Of a stretch of 64,000 nucleotides of DNA, positions 9,030 to 19,086 are shown in pieces. The stretch is from Omnitrophica WOR_2 bacterium RIFOXYA2_FULL_38_17 (GTDB lineage: Bacteria > Omnitrophota > Gorgyraeia > Zapsychrales > Zapsychraceae): positions 8,826-72,825 of the forward strand of contig MHHG01000075.1 of assembly GCA_001805965.1 (NCBI GenBank), read 5' to 3'. How positions within the stretch are numbered: the first letter of the stretch is position 1; each line of letters begins with the position of its first letter. Position numbers and translations under genes: made by a program. Below the pieces are notes generated by a model that did no database searches, had not been told where the DNA came from, and saw nothing but the letters and a program-made list of their open reading frames with translations.

Positions 9030-9740
9030 TTATTTTTGTGCGCAAACACAGCAAATACATTGCGTAGAGCCACTCGATACCACTTTCTCGGCAAAGCCGA
9101 GATCGACCTCTTCCCAATAATTATTGCGCGCTGCTTCCTGATCAAAATTGGCAAAATACTTTATCCGTGTAATCTTAAAACCCCACAATATATCATCGAT
9201 CCCTCTTTGATCAAAAACCCTCTGCTGGACATTAACGCTCGGGGCGCCAAAAGGGACCGTTAAAACAAATAATCCTCCCTTTTTAAGAACCCGCGCCATC
9301 TCTTTAACGGCCTTCTTCTGCGGCTCATCCTTTTCTTCCGGGTCCGAATAATACCCCAAACCAACATGCTCTAAAGTTGAGACACAAGTAACCGCGTCAA
9401 AATCCCCATCCTTGAAAGGCAGATCCATAATATCAGCATTTAAAAAATCAAAATTAGGGACTTTGTAAGGATACTTTCTGATATCTACTCCTGTTATCTG
9501 ATTTCCCAGCGTAGAAATAAACAAAGGCAGCACGCTTTCAGAACATCCTACATCCAAGATCTTGCCTCTTTTCCCCATCAAACTTAATGAATCAATAACA
9601 AAAGGGAGCTCAACGATCCTTTCATTCAAAAACATTTTCTTAAGTTCGCGTACCCTCTCAAATCTGGAAAAGTCAAAGCGATCTTTAAATTTAAGAAAGA
9701 CCGGCTCATTTATCCAGTAATGCTTATCATTATCAATCAT
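9030..9740 (-). CDS. Class I SAM-dependent methyltransferase
   Basis: Motifs ILDVGC, GVDI, FDAVTCVSTLEHVG, RVLKKGG. Start at 9740 preferred from RBS spacing. Confidence 0.88.
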   Translation of the reverse strand: MIDNDKHYWINEPVFLKFKDRFDFSRFERVRELKKMFLNERIVELPFVIDSLSLMGKRGKILDVGCSESVLPLFISTLGNQITGVDIRKYPYKVPNFDFLNADIMDLPFKDGDFDAVTCVSTLEHVGLGYYSDPEEKDEPQKKAVKEMARVLKKGGLFVLTVPFGAPSVNVQQRVFDQRGIDDILWGFKITRIKYFANFDQEAARNNYWEEVDLGFAEKVVSSGSTQCICCVCAQK

Positions 9741-10410
9741 TTTCATCCCCTTTTAAAACGTAACTATTGACTTCATCAAGAATACCGGAAACAGCCCAAA
9801 TATTCTCAACGATCTTAAACGAACCTAACGCTTCAAGCTCCTGCCTCGTGCTTGAACCGGTCGTAACCGCGACAGTTAAAACCCCCGCGTTCTTGCCGGT
9901 CTCAACATCAACCGTCATATCTCCGACAAAAAGGGCCTGTGCCGGGCCAAGCGCAAGCTTCTTCAATAGCTTTTCAAGGATCTCCGCATCAGGCTTCAGG
10001 CGCTCGACATCATCCTTGCTTAAAACAACATCAAAATACTTTTCAGCCTTCAGTTCCTGCAAAATTATCTTTGTTGACCACGCGGGACGGTTAGTAGCTA
10101 TCGCCAGTAAATAGCCTTTATCTTTCAAATGCTTAATAAGCTTTAGCGCTCCGTCAAGAAACTTCACTCCATAAGTAAGCGTCTGCCTGTGGCTATCCCT
10201 GTAAACCTTCTGCATTGCAGCCACATCTTTTTCTTCAACAAATGAAGCAAGGAGCGCCCACTCTCCCCATCCAACGCTTCTCTTTATAGAGGTTTCATCC
10301 TGCGGACCATATCCCATTTTCCTTAAAGCAAAATTCACACTATCAACAACCGCCCTGAAAGCATCGACCAAAGTACCATCGAGATCAAAAATCACCAGTT
10401 CAATTTTCAT
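9733..10410 (-). CDS. HAD-superfamily hydrolase (phosphoglycolate phosphatase-like)
   Basis: Motifs FDLDGTL, ATN, KP, VGD...D. Confidence 0.92.
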   Translation of the reverse strand: MKIELVIFDLDGTLVDAFRAVVDSVNFALRKMGYGPQDETSIKRSVGWGEWALLASFVEEKDVAAMQKVYRDSHRQTLTYGVKFLDGALKLIKHLKDKGYLLAIATNRPAWSTKIILQELKAEKYFDVVLSKDDVERLKPDAEILEKLLKKLALGPAQALFVGDMTVDVETGKNAGVLTVAVTTGSSTRQELEALGSFKIVENIWAVSGILDEVNSYVLKGDEND

Positions 10411-10413
10411 AAA

Positions 10414-11013
10414 TTAAATAGGATTAACCACCCCTCCTGAAACGATAAATTTGAAAGCCTCTTCAATGCTGATATCAGTTAGTATGATCTCCTTCTTTGG
10501 AATAAGGGTCACATAACCGGTTAAAGGCCCAGGAGCGCTTGGAATAAAAACATTGCATAGCTCTTTGCCAGTTAACCTGCTTATCTTTTCCGCTGACTCA
10601 TTTGTAAGGAACCCTAATGCATACATGCCTTTTCGGGGATACTCGGCGATAACAACTTTTCCAAAAGACCCCATTCTGTCCCTCGTAAAAAGAAATACCA
10701 CCATCTCTTTTAGGGCAGGATAGATCTGCTTTACTATCGGCACTTTTATCAGAAGATTCTCGAAGAAATCATAAACTTTCTTGCCAATAAAATGAGTGAC
10801 CAAAAATCCGATAACAACGATCACATAAACACCCATAATAATGCTCAGCCCGCTAAAATAGAAACCGAAATTCTCAGCGAATATGGGCTTCAGGAATTTA
10901 CCGAATATGCCTTCGGCAAAATTCATCGCCAGAAATATCAAATAAACAGTGAGCGCCAACGGTAAAAAAACAACGAGGCCTGACAAAAAATAATTCTTGA
11001 TTTTCTTTAACAT
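10414..11013 (-). CDS. DUF502 family membrane protein
   Basis: FLSGL..LP...T, KVP.VK.IY, EYPRKG, VFIP..P.P.TG, IVSGGV. Confidence 0.9.
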   Translation of the reverse strand: MLKKIKNYFLSGLVVFLPLALTVYLIFLAMNFAEGIFGKFLKPIFAENFGFYFSGLSIIMGVYVIVVIGFLVTHFIGKKVYDFFENLLIKVPIVKQIYPALKEMVVFLFTRDRMGSFGKVVIAEYPRKGMYALGFLTNESAEKISRLTGKELCNVFIPSAPGPLTGYVTLIPKKEIILTDISIEEAFKFIVSGGVVNPI

Positions 11014-11046
11014 ATCTTCCTCCTGTGAAGATCTTTTATAACAACA

Positions 11047-12048
11047 TCAACGAAACCGATACAGCAAGATATTTACCGCAACAAATATTAATATCATTAA
11101 GACCGAGTCCCAGCCAAGGCCAAACAGCCCTCTCTTATGCTTTATTTTCATACCAACGCACGAGATCAAAACCAGAACAATGCTTGAAGATGCCGTCAGA
11201 ATATGAACAGGATCAACGCTTGTTAAAATAGCGCCCTTGTAAAACAGGTCGCAAAGGAATACAACAAAAAGATTCGTCATATTGCTGCCGAATATGTTGC
11301 CGATAGCCATATCGAACGCCCCTAATCGTAAAGCCGACAATGAAACTACCATCTCCGGAAGAGACGTGACCACCGCCAGGAAAATGCTCCCTACGAACGT
11401 CCTGCCCAAACCGGTCCTATCAGCAATGACATCCGCTGACTGCGCCAACCACATTGCCGCAAGAACGACGATCACTGCAGATACCGTTAAATTGGTCCAT
11501 ATCTCCAAAGCGCTAACCGTGCAATCCTGCGCCTTAATAGGGTCCTTTTTATATAATTTGATCTGGTCAGAATCAGCCTTTGACAAATACCACATTCCTG
11601 CAAAATAAAGAACAGCTATCAATATACTGCCAAAGCTAACGAATGAAGCTCTAAAGCTAAAGCCGTTCTTTCCTAAGAATATCTCTCCAATAACAACAAG
11701 TGTCAATATTACTGCAAATGAAGCAGATATATCATGCGATTTGTTCCTGGCAATATCGTTCGTCATTGATCCTTTTCTATAAAAAGCATCCATCAAGACA
11801 ATAAGCATAGGATTAAAATTGTTGCTGCCGAGCAAATTGCCTATTGCCATATTATTTGCTTTTAAAGATATGACCGAAGTTAAACTTACAATTGCCTCGG
11901 GAAGGGAAGTAACTAAGCCTAACAAAATAATACCTATCCAGGCTTTACCGATATTGCTTTGCTCACTTAGCTTGTCAGCATATTCTGTCAACCTGATTCC
12001 GGCTAAAACAATGAATACCGCACTTATAAAAAACTGTATCCAGTACAT
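11047..12048 (-). CDS. Sodium:calcium (CaCA) family cation antiporter
   Basis: Two alpha repeats: TSLPE...GNLLGSN and TSLPE...GNIFGSN. Confidence 0.92.
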   Translation of the reverse strand: MYWIQFFISAVFIVLAGIRLTEYADKLSEQSNIGKAWIGIILLGLVTSLPEAIVSLTSVISLKANNMAIGNLLGSNNFNPMLIVLMDAFYRKGSMTNDIARNKSHDISASFAVILTLVVIGEIFLGKNGFSFRASFVSFGSILIAVLYFAGMWYLSKADSDQIKLYKKDPIKAQDCTVSALEIWTNLTVSAVIVVLAAMWLAQSADVIADRTGLGRTFVGSIFLAVVTSLPEMVVSLSALRLGAFDMAIGNIFGSNMTNLFVVFLCDLFYKGAILTSVDPVHILTASSSIVLVLISCVGMKIKHKRGLFGLGWDSVLMILIFVAVNILLYRFR

Positions 12049-12130
12049 ATAAACCTTACCTCATAAAACGCATGAAGCTTGTTATATCAAGGACCAAAGA
12101 ACCCCGTAACCCGCGCCATGCGTCAGCAAA

Positions 12131-12319
12131 TTATTTTTTATTCAAAGTATATAAGACCAATAATCCTGCCATCGCAAAGACCATTCCCATTATTCCCTTA
12201 AAGAATATGACGACTTCGCTCCAGCAAGAAAGGACCAATGTAATGCCAAGAATCAAAAGGAACAAACCGATAATGAACGTTTTAAATTTTTTAAAGTCAG
12301 GATCTTTTTTTTCTACCAT
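12131..12319 (-). CDS. Small two-TM membrane protein
   Basis: 62 aa, two hydrophobic helices, RBS GAGGGG, in the operon direction. Confidence 0.7.
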   Translation of the reverse strand: MVEKKDPDFKKFKTFIIGLFLLILGITLVLSCWSEVVIFFKGIMGMVFAMAGLLVLYTLNKK

Positions 12320-12350
12320 ATTCCCCTCTTTTGTTAATTAAGTATATATT

Positions 12351-13274
12351 TTATTTTTTGGGGCGGCTCTTCCACCTGCGATGCATCCATCCCCATTCAT
12401 AAGGATACTTGCGAATATAGGATTCTATCAATTGCGTTATCTTTGAGATATTGTCAACGATCGTCTTGTCCTCATTTTCATTTATACCGGCATCAACCTC
12501 GACCGGAGGCTCAATGACTATTTTATGCCTGTCATCAGGCTGGCGGATTATGAACATAGGAAGGATAACCGCCTTAGTCCGAAGCGCAAAAACAACAGGA
12601 CCAGTCGCAGTAGCAGCCTTTTGTCCGAAGAAATCAACATACACGCCTGCACCATTGCCGAAATTCTGATCTAAAGGCACAAATAGGACGCCATTGTTCC
12701 TCAAAGTGGAAATTGACTTTGTCACGCATTTCTGCCGAGGTAAAGCATAAACAGTCTTAACGTTCAGCTCTCCCCTTTTCTTGTAAAGGAATTCTTCCAA
12801 TTCTTTATCTCTGGCAGGTCGGACGATCGTGCTGACATCATATCCTTTCTGCGCAAAATAAAGCATCATCATTGGAAAGTTGCCAAAATGCGCGGTAACA
12901 GCAACAACTCCACGGCCTTTCTTTAAAGCATTGTCCAAATGATGCTTGCCTTCAACAAACACCTTATCATCAAGCTTGTCAGGATGGGCCATCATAAATA
13001 ACATCTCGATCATGGACTGGCCCAAATTCTTAAAGCATTTCCTTACGATCTGCTCTATTTCCTTTCCGGATTTCTGACCTTCAAAAGCAATGTTAAGGCT
13101 GTCACGTGCAATATTCCTGTGCCTTTTTGTAAGAATATAGCCTATTTGTATCATTGTATTTGATATGCCGTTTATGAACCAAAACGGCAACCACTTAAAA
13201 AGAAAATAAGTGCCATAAAGGCCATTGCGGGCCATCGCCCGTTGGAATTTGATTGTCAGATCATTTGGGTTCAT
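12351..13274 (-). CDS. Lipid A biosynthesis (LpxL/HtrB-family) acyltransferase
   Basis: Motifs AHFGN, DQ, VDFFG..A, P.EW.W.HRRWK. Confidence 0.88.
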   Translation of the reverse strand: MNPNDLTIKFQRAMARNGLYGTYFLFKWLPFWFINGISNTMIQIGYILTKRHRNIARDSLNIAFEGQKSGKEIEQIVRKCFKNLGQSMIEMLFMMAHPDKLDDKVFVEGKHHLDNALKKGRGVVAVTAHFGNFPMMMLYFAQKGYDVSTIVRPARDKELEEFLYKKRGELNVKTVYALPRQKCVTKSISTLRNNGVLFVPLDQNFGNGAGVYVDFFGQKAATATGPVVFALRTKAVILPMFIIRQPDDRHKIVIEPPVEVDAGINENEDKTIVDNISKITQLIESYIRKYPYEWGWMHRRWKSRPKK

Positions 13275-13321
13275 TTTGTTATTCTAAAAACCTGTCTTTG
13301 TCAATCATCCGCTACCCTTAA

Positions 13322-14044
13322 TTAACCAATAATGCTTCTTATCGTTGATATTAATACTTTTACTGCAATTGGCTTTGTCAAATGAGCATGAGCGCCTGCC
13401 TCAAGTTCAGCATTGATCTCATCCTTTGCATCTTTTACTGTAACAAAAACAACCGGTATGTCTTTTGTCACCTTATTCTCTTTTAACCTTTTACATACTT
13501 CACGGCCCTTCATCCCGGGCAAAATAACGTCAAGAAGAATTAGATCAGGCCGCTGAGTTTCTGCTATCTGCAGGCCGATTTCCCCTGTTTCTGCTGAAAG
13601 GACAGAATATCCGGCAGACATGAGCACCGGCCTTACTGTCATTATCTGTGTTTGATCATCGTCAATTATCAAAACACTTTTCCATTTTTTTGTTTTCTTT
13701 TTAGCAAAAATTTGTTTATTTTTAACCTGGTTGAATATCAGGAATAAGCTGGCATAAGCAACAACATAAACTAAAGAAATGATCCATTTGTTCTCCACCT
13801 GAGGCTGCAATAAGTACAAAACCACCATAACGTTCGCTATAACTATCAAGACCCTTCCTCTTTCTTTCAGTAAAACAGCCGCTATAGCACTGATAAAAAG
13901 CACAGCAAAAATAACTATTATAATATTAATCCTGACCCTTAATTCAGGAACTTTCGAAAGCTCAAGGATAGAAGCCAGGAGAATCGAATAAGCAAGAGCG
14001 AGCCCATATCCCACGATCTCTATTAAAAATGACTTTTTGTTCAT
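13322..14044 (-). CDS. Membrane protein (4 TM) fused to a C-terminal response-regulator receiver domain
   Basis: Hydrophobic N-terminal half, then LIIDDD...PDLILLDVILPG...FVT...TKP. AGGAGG precedes ATG 14044. Confidence 0.85.
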   Translation of the reverse strand: MNKKSFLIEIVGYGLALAYSILLASILELSKVPELRVRINIIIVIFAVLFISAIAAVLLKERGRVLIVIANVMVVLYLLQPQVENKWIISLVYVVAYASLFLIFNQVKNKQIFAKKKTKKWKSVLIIDDDQTQIMTVRPVLMSAGYSVLSAETGEIGLQIAETQRPDLILLDVILPGMKGREVCKRLKENKVTKDIPVVFVTVKDAKDEINAELEAGAHAHLTKPIAVKVLISTIRSIIG

Positions 14045-14158
14045 TAATGACCTCCTAAAATATTTCAATCAATATTTAAAATGACCTTTATTCGATAATA
14101 TAGATAATCCTATTATAAGTAAGACTAGAAAACTTAAAAGACATATGTTTATTTTTAG

Positions 14159-15781
14159 TCATCCGCCAATCTTGCTATAATTCTTTATTTCAAGAACGAT
14201 CCCGAACAACACGAACACTATACAGAAGATTGCAAATAAATCACCATATTTTGAATATAATGTCTTTTTAGAATTAAGATAAACATCCGCAACGACAACG
14301 CCTGTAACATAAGTGCTCTTACCTTTGTCATCCTTAACAAAATCAAGTATCTTGCCCTTATCATTAATAAAATTACTAACGCCTGTGTTGGTGCATCTTA
14401 CCAAATACTTCCTGTTTTCTATAGAACGAAAAACTGAGCTCTGCATATGCATGAACGGCGCTTTAGTATCCTTGAACCATCCATCATTTGTCATGTTCAC
14501 AAAAAACTCAGCGCCCCCGCCAATAAATCTTCTTGCCAATCTCGCAACCGTATCCTCAAAACATATCAAAGGAGAGAATTTAGCCATAACCTCTTGATTG
14601 TTTTTCCCGGGAAGAGACAAGACCGTAAATTTATTTCCTGAAGTAAAATCATCTATAGGCACAATAGACGCCAGGAAAGGAAAAATTATCCTTAATGGAA
14701 TATACTCGCCAAAAGGAACTAAATGCAACTTATTGTACTTGCCTATCAGCTTTCCTTCATTTGATAACAAAACCGCTGAATTATAATACTTACCGTTCTC
14801 CTCGCTGACAACCCCGAAAAGGATCGGGATCCCAATATCATAGGCAAGCTGTTTTACCCGTGAATAGAACCTCTCATTATTATCAAAGTTGACACCATTG
14901 GGGGAATATTGATACTTATCATCTTTTAAGATCAAGAAACCCGGAAAAGAAGTTTCAGGCCATATTATCAGATCAGGGTTCTCTTTAGCCGCCAACTTTG
15001 TCAGCAAAATATGTTTCTCTAAAATATCCTCCCATGCAGACTCGAACCATTTTAGGTCCTGGTCAATATTACCCTGAATTATACCGACAGATATCTTCTT
15101 TCGGGAATCTTGCATCCTAAGAACCGAACGGCCAAAACCAATAACTGTCAAAATAATAACAAGCAGTATCGCGATCACCGATAAAGCTTCCTTGGGAGCA
15201 GTCTTGGTGTTTTTATTCGATAAAACCGCCACCGTATCCTTTAGCACAATATTAGCAGCAACTATCAGATAAGACACCCCATAGTAACCAGTAAACTCCG
15301 CTATCTGGATCAAGGCTAAATTTTTGTACTGGGTATGGCCCAGGCTTGCCCAATCGAAACCCCCTATCAAGTAGGCTTTAACATACTCCAGCACGACCCA
15401 AACCGCCGGAAGCAAGAACGCCTTCAATAACAGTTTTGACCTCGAAAAAAAACAATAGGCAACAGCGAACAAAGCATAATAAAGCCCCAAATAAAGGATC
15501 ATTAAGATCGCCCCGAACACAGTTACATATACCATCCAGGACACCGTTAACGCAAAAAACAATACTCCGCATAAATACCCTGCTTTAAATGACCCCGCAA
15601 GGTCCCTGCCATCAAGAACGAACATCAAAGGTATCAGCCCTATCCAGGCAAAAAGGGAAATATCTGTTTTGGGAAATGCCAGCGCGAGCAATACTGCTGA
15701 AAGAAAGATCAAAAGGAATGGGATAAAATTTCTTTTAGCCGCTGTAAAAGATCCTTTATGTGCACGGCCTTCAGTTTGCAT
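14159..15781 (-). CDS. lnt: Apolipoprotein N-acyltransferase
   Basis: Motifs QGNI, IWPE, YNS, KLHLVPFGEY, ICFE, TNDGWF, NTGVS. Confidence 0.96.
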   Translation of the reverse strand: MQTEGRAHKGSFTAAKRNFIPFLLIFLSAVLLALAFPKTDISLFAWIGLIPLMFVLDGRDLAGSFKAGYLCGVLFFALTVSWMVYVTVFGAILMILYLGLYYALFAVAYCFFSRSKLLLKAFLLPAVWVVLEYVKAYLIGGFDWASLGHTQYKNLALIQIAEFTGYYGVSYLIVAANIVLKDTVAVLSNKNTKTAPKEALSVIAILLVIILTVIGFGRSVLRMQDSRKKISVGIIQGNIDQDLKWFESAWEDILEKHILLTKLAAKENPDLIIWPETSFPGFLILKDDKYQYSPNGVNFDNNERFYSRVKQLAYDIGIPILFGVVSEENGKYYNSAVLLSNEGKLIGKYNKLHLVPFGEYIPLRIIFPFLASIVPIDDFTSGNKFTVLSLPGKNNQEVMAKFSPLICFEDTVARLARRFIGGGAEFFVNMTNDGWFKDTKAPFMHMQSSVFRSIENRKYLVRCTNTGVSNFINDKGKILDFVKDDKGKSTYVTGVVVADVYLNSKKTLYSKYGDLFAIFCIVFVLFGIVLEIKNYSKIGG

Positions 15782-15783
15782 TC

Positions 15784-18777
15784 TTATCTCCCGCAGCACT
15801 TCTTATACTTCTTACCGCTACCGCACGTACAAGGGTCATTTCTGCCGATCTTCTGTCCTTTGCCTAAGCCAACGGAAGAAGGCTGTGGAGGAACTATTTG
15901 GTCAATACCCGCCCCAACTGCTTCTGGCCTGTACCTTGAGGCGGCATTCGCCAAACCGGAAGCGGAATCATGTATCATTTGCTGGGGCAATGAGCTAAAA
16001 ACACCTCTCATCGGGTGTGATACTTTTGCAGGCTGTATCTTGAATATTGTTTCAGCGACTTCAAAACCGATTGAATCATACATGATATGAAACATTTCAA
16101 AACCCTCTCTTTTGTATTCGATCAAAGGGTCTCTTTGCGCAAAAGAACGCAGGCCAATACCTTCCTTCAATTGATCCATGGCATAAAGATGGTCTTTCCA
16201 TTTTGAATCGATAGTATGCAATAAAAGCATTTTTTCAAGATAACGCAAATGTTCAGGCCCGACCTGATCTTCTTTTGTTCTGTATATATCGATCAAACCC
16301 TTAAAGACCTTATCTTTGACATAGCTCTCATTACTTTCTCCGATCTGCTTTTCAGAGATCTCGAGATCATAGTCAAACTTTGTCTTGAGTGTCATCTTTA
16401 ACCCATCCATGTTCCAGGTCGCATCTTCACCAGTTGGCCTTAAATATTGAGAGATCAGGTCCTCAACCAGCGAATTGATATGCTCGACTATAATATCTTT
16501 AACATTATTTTTTTCTAGAATAGAACGGCGCAGGTCATAAACAACCTCTCGCTGTTTATTCATAACATTATCATACTCAAGAAGATGTTTTCTGATCTCA
16601 AAGTTATGGGTCTCAACTCTTTTTTGGGCTGTTTCAATACTTTTTGAAAGCCAAGGATGCTCCAGGACCTGCCCCTCTTCCATACCTAAGCTGTCCATAA
16701 TAGAAATGACTTTATCAGATGCGAACAGGCGCATAAGGTCATCTTCCAAAGAAACATAAAAACGTGACGAACCCGGGTCACCCTGACGCCCTTGTCGCCC
16801 CCTCAGCTGATTATCTATACGCCGGGATTCATGGCGCTCCGTCCCAAGGACATGCAGCCCGCCTTGCTCAATAACTTTTTTGTTCTCTTGCTGGCATTGG
16901 ACCCTGAACTGTTCAATGAACTTCTCTCTCAGCATCCTCTCAACAAGAGCTTTATCTTCATCCTCAGATCTGGCCAATTCGCTCTCGACAATGTTATCAG
17001 CTAAATACTGGGCATTTCCGCCAAGAACGATATCGGTACCGCGTCCCGCCATGTTAGTCGCAATGGTAATACCCTTAAATCTTCCGGCCTGCGCAATAAT
17101 ATGGGCTTCTTGCTCATGATATTTAGCATTCAGCACCTGATGAGCTACACCCTTTTGCGCCAGCATCTTCGAGAGCAGTTCAGATTTCTCTATCGATATG
17201 GTACCTACAAGAACCGGCTGCCCTCTCTTATAACACTCTTCAACCTCCTCGACAATAGCCTTATATTTCTCTCTTAAGCTTCTATAAATACAGTCTGCAT
17301 GATTTTTCCTCATTACTTTTTTGTTAGTAGGCAACACGACACAGTCTAGCTCATATATTTGCTTGAACTCCACGGCCTCAGTATATGCCGTACCTGTCAT
17401 GCCTGATAATTTTTCGTAAAGCCTAAAGTAATTCTGGAATGTGATGGTAGCAAGGGTCTGGTTCTCCCTTTCTATCTTGATACCTTCCTTTGCTTCAACT
17501 GCCTGATGCAATCCGTCAGACCATCTCCTCCCCGGCATTAATCTTCCGGTAAATTCATCTACGATAATAACCCCCCCGTCACGAACAACATACTCAACAT
17601 CGATCTTAAAGAACTCCCTTGCCTTTAAAGCCTGCAGAATATGATGCCTGTATTCGATCGTTTCCATATCGTGAAGATTATCTATGCCAAACAATCTTGC
17701 AGCTTTTTCCTCTCCTGAATCCGTCATTGAAATAGCCCTGGTCTTTTCATCGGCGATGTAATCGAATCCCGCAGCAAGATCAACTTCCTGATACTTGGCG
17801 TCCACTTTTGATCTCTCTTCATCAACTACTTTCTTGCCCTTCAACTGTTTTGCGATCTCATTAGCACGATAATATTTATCCGTTGATTCTTCAGCAGGCC
17901 CGGATATTATCAAAGGGGTCCTTGCCTCATCGACAAGGATACTATCAACCTCGTCGACAATTGCAAAATGATGTCGCCTCTGGACCATATCTTCTTTAAA
18001 ATTGACCATGTTATCCCTCAGGTAATCAAATCCAAGCTCATTGTTCGTTGCGTAAGTAATATCGCAATTGTATTCATGCTGTCTTTGATGGGGTTCCATG
18101 TCCCTTAAAATAACCCCGACGCTTAAGCCTAAGAATTCAAACACAGGACCCATCCAAGCCCTGTCACGTTTTGCAAGATAATCATTAACAGTGACAATAT
18201 GAACACCTTCTTTGGTCAACCCGTTTAAATATGCAGGCAAAGTAGCAACAAGGGTTTTTCCTTCACCAGTGGTCATTTCCGCAATGTTCCCATCGTTTAA
18301 GACCATGCCTCCAATCAACTGAACATCAAAATGCCTCATTTTCAGGACTCTTTTACCTGCTTCACGAACAACCGCAAAGGCGTCGGGCAAAATATCTTTC
18401 AAGACCTGTTCCTTGGTTTTCAGATAAACTTCTTCTGCTTTATCATACTGATTGCCAAGATCATTTTTTTCATCAGGATCGCTAACATTATTGTAATCCT
18501 TAAGAAGGTCTTCCATTTGATCTCTGTCCTTACTAACAGCATTTTCATAAATACTTCTAAACTCGGCAGTCTTACCCTTTAACTGTTCATCAGTCAAACC
18601 TTCATATTTAGATTCCAAGCCGTTGATCTTTGACACGTCATTGCACATTTTCTTAATTACCCTTACTGAAGGAATTGGCAGGTCTTCGGGTATATGAACA
18701 TTCCCCTTGGGCTCTAATTTATCAATATACTTTTGTGCATTCTTGATGACTTGCTTCTGAATTAAAAAATTTAACAT
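15784..18777 (-). CDS. secA: Preprotein translocase ATPase SecA
   Basis: Motifs TGEGKT, DEVDSIL, ATNMAGRGTDI, RRIDNQLRGR, C-terminal GRNDPCTCGSGKKYKKCC. Confidence 0.99.
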   Translation of the reverse strand: MLNFLIQKQVIKNAQKYIDKLEPKGNVHIPEDLPIPSVRVIKKMCNDVSKINGLESKYEGLTDEQLKGKTAEFRSIYENAVSKDRDQMEDLLKDYNNVSDPDEKNDLGNQYDKAEEVYLKTKEQVLKDILPDAFAVVREAGKRVLKMRHFDVQLIGGMVLNDGNIAEMTTGEGKTLVATLPAYLNGLTKEGVHIVTVNDYLAKRDRAWMGPVFEFLGLSVGVILRDMEPHQRQHEYNCDITYATNNELGFDYLRDNMVNFKEDMVQRRHHFAIVDEVDSILVDEARTPLIISGPAEESTDKYYRANEIAKQLKGKKVVDEERSKVDAKYQEVDLAAGFDYIADEKTRAISMTDSGEEKAARLFGIDNLHDMETIEYRHHILQALKAREFFKIDVEYVVRDGGVIIVDEFTGRLMPGRRWSDGLHQAVEAKEGIKIERENQTLATITFQNYFRLYEKLSGMTGTAYTEAVEFKQIYELDCVVLPTNKKVMRKNHADCIYRSLREKYKAIVEEVEECYKRGQPVLVGTISIEKSELLSKMLAQKGVAHQVLNAKYHEQEAHIIAQAGRFKGITIATNMAGRGTDIVLGGNAQYLADNIVESELARSEDEDKALVERMLREKFIEQFRVQCQQENKKVIEQGGLHVLGTERHESRRIDNQLRGRQGRQGDPGSSRFYVSLEDDLMRLFASDKVISIMDSLGMEEGQVLEHPWLSKSIETAQKRVETHNFEIRKHLLEYDNVMNKQREVVYDLRRSILEKNNVKDIIVEHINSLVEDLISQYLRPTGEDATWNMDGLKMTLKTKFDYDLEISEKQIGESNESYVKDKVFKGLIDIYRTKEDQVGPEHLRYLEKMLLLHTIDSKWKDHLYAMDQLKEGIGLRSFAQRDPLIEYKREGFEMFHIMYDSIGFEVAETIFKIQPAKVSHPMRGVFSSLPQQMIHDSASGLANAASRYRPEAVGAGIDQIVPPQPSSVGLGKGQKIGRNDPCTCGSGKKYKKCCGR

Positions 18778-18792
18778 AGGTCGCTCCGTGAC

Positions 18793-18840
18793 AGACTATA
18801 GACCAAAGACTATAGACTATGGACTATAGCCATAGACTAT
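18793..18840. repeat. Heptamer tandem repeat (AGACTAT-like, 7 units), left arm of an inverted repeat
   Basis: agactat agaccaa agactat agactat ggactat agccat agactat. Confidence 0.85.
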
Positions 18841-18880
18841 TTACATCAAGCCAATTTGATTATAGACAGTCTTTTTAATA

Positions 18881-19032
18881 TTAATTATCATTTTTAACAG
18901 ACTTAATTAACGCATATAACATACTTCATCTTTAGGAAGATCTTTTGTTATCTTATATATTTCTAATACCAGCTCATCAGCAATTTGGAATGCCTTTATA
19001 TTTTTGTAATCCCTCGATCTCTTATCCTTCAA
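18881..19032 (-). pseudogene. Four-helix-bundle protein (23S rRNA IVS protein family) remnant with internal deletion and frameshift
   Basis: TTG start, MKDKRSRDYKNIKAFQIADELVLEIYKITKDLPKDE (family N-terminus), then a stop at 18907. The C-terminal piece MLYALIKSVKNDN follows in another frame. Confidence 0.8.
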
Positions 19033-19043
19033 ACCGCAAATTT

Positions 19044-19085
19044 TTAGTCTTTCGTCTTTTATCTATAGTCTTTGGTCTATTGTCT
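19044..19085. repeat. Heptamer tandem repeat (ATAGTCT-like, 6 units), right arm of an inverted repeat
   Basis: ttagtct ttcgtct tttatct atagtct ttggtct attgtct. The reverse complement of 19065-19085 matches 18793-18813 at 20/21. Confidence 0.85.
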
Positions 19086-19086
19086 A

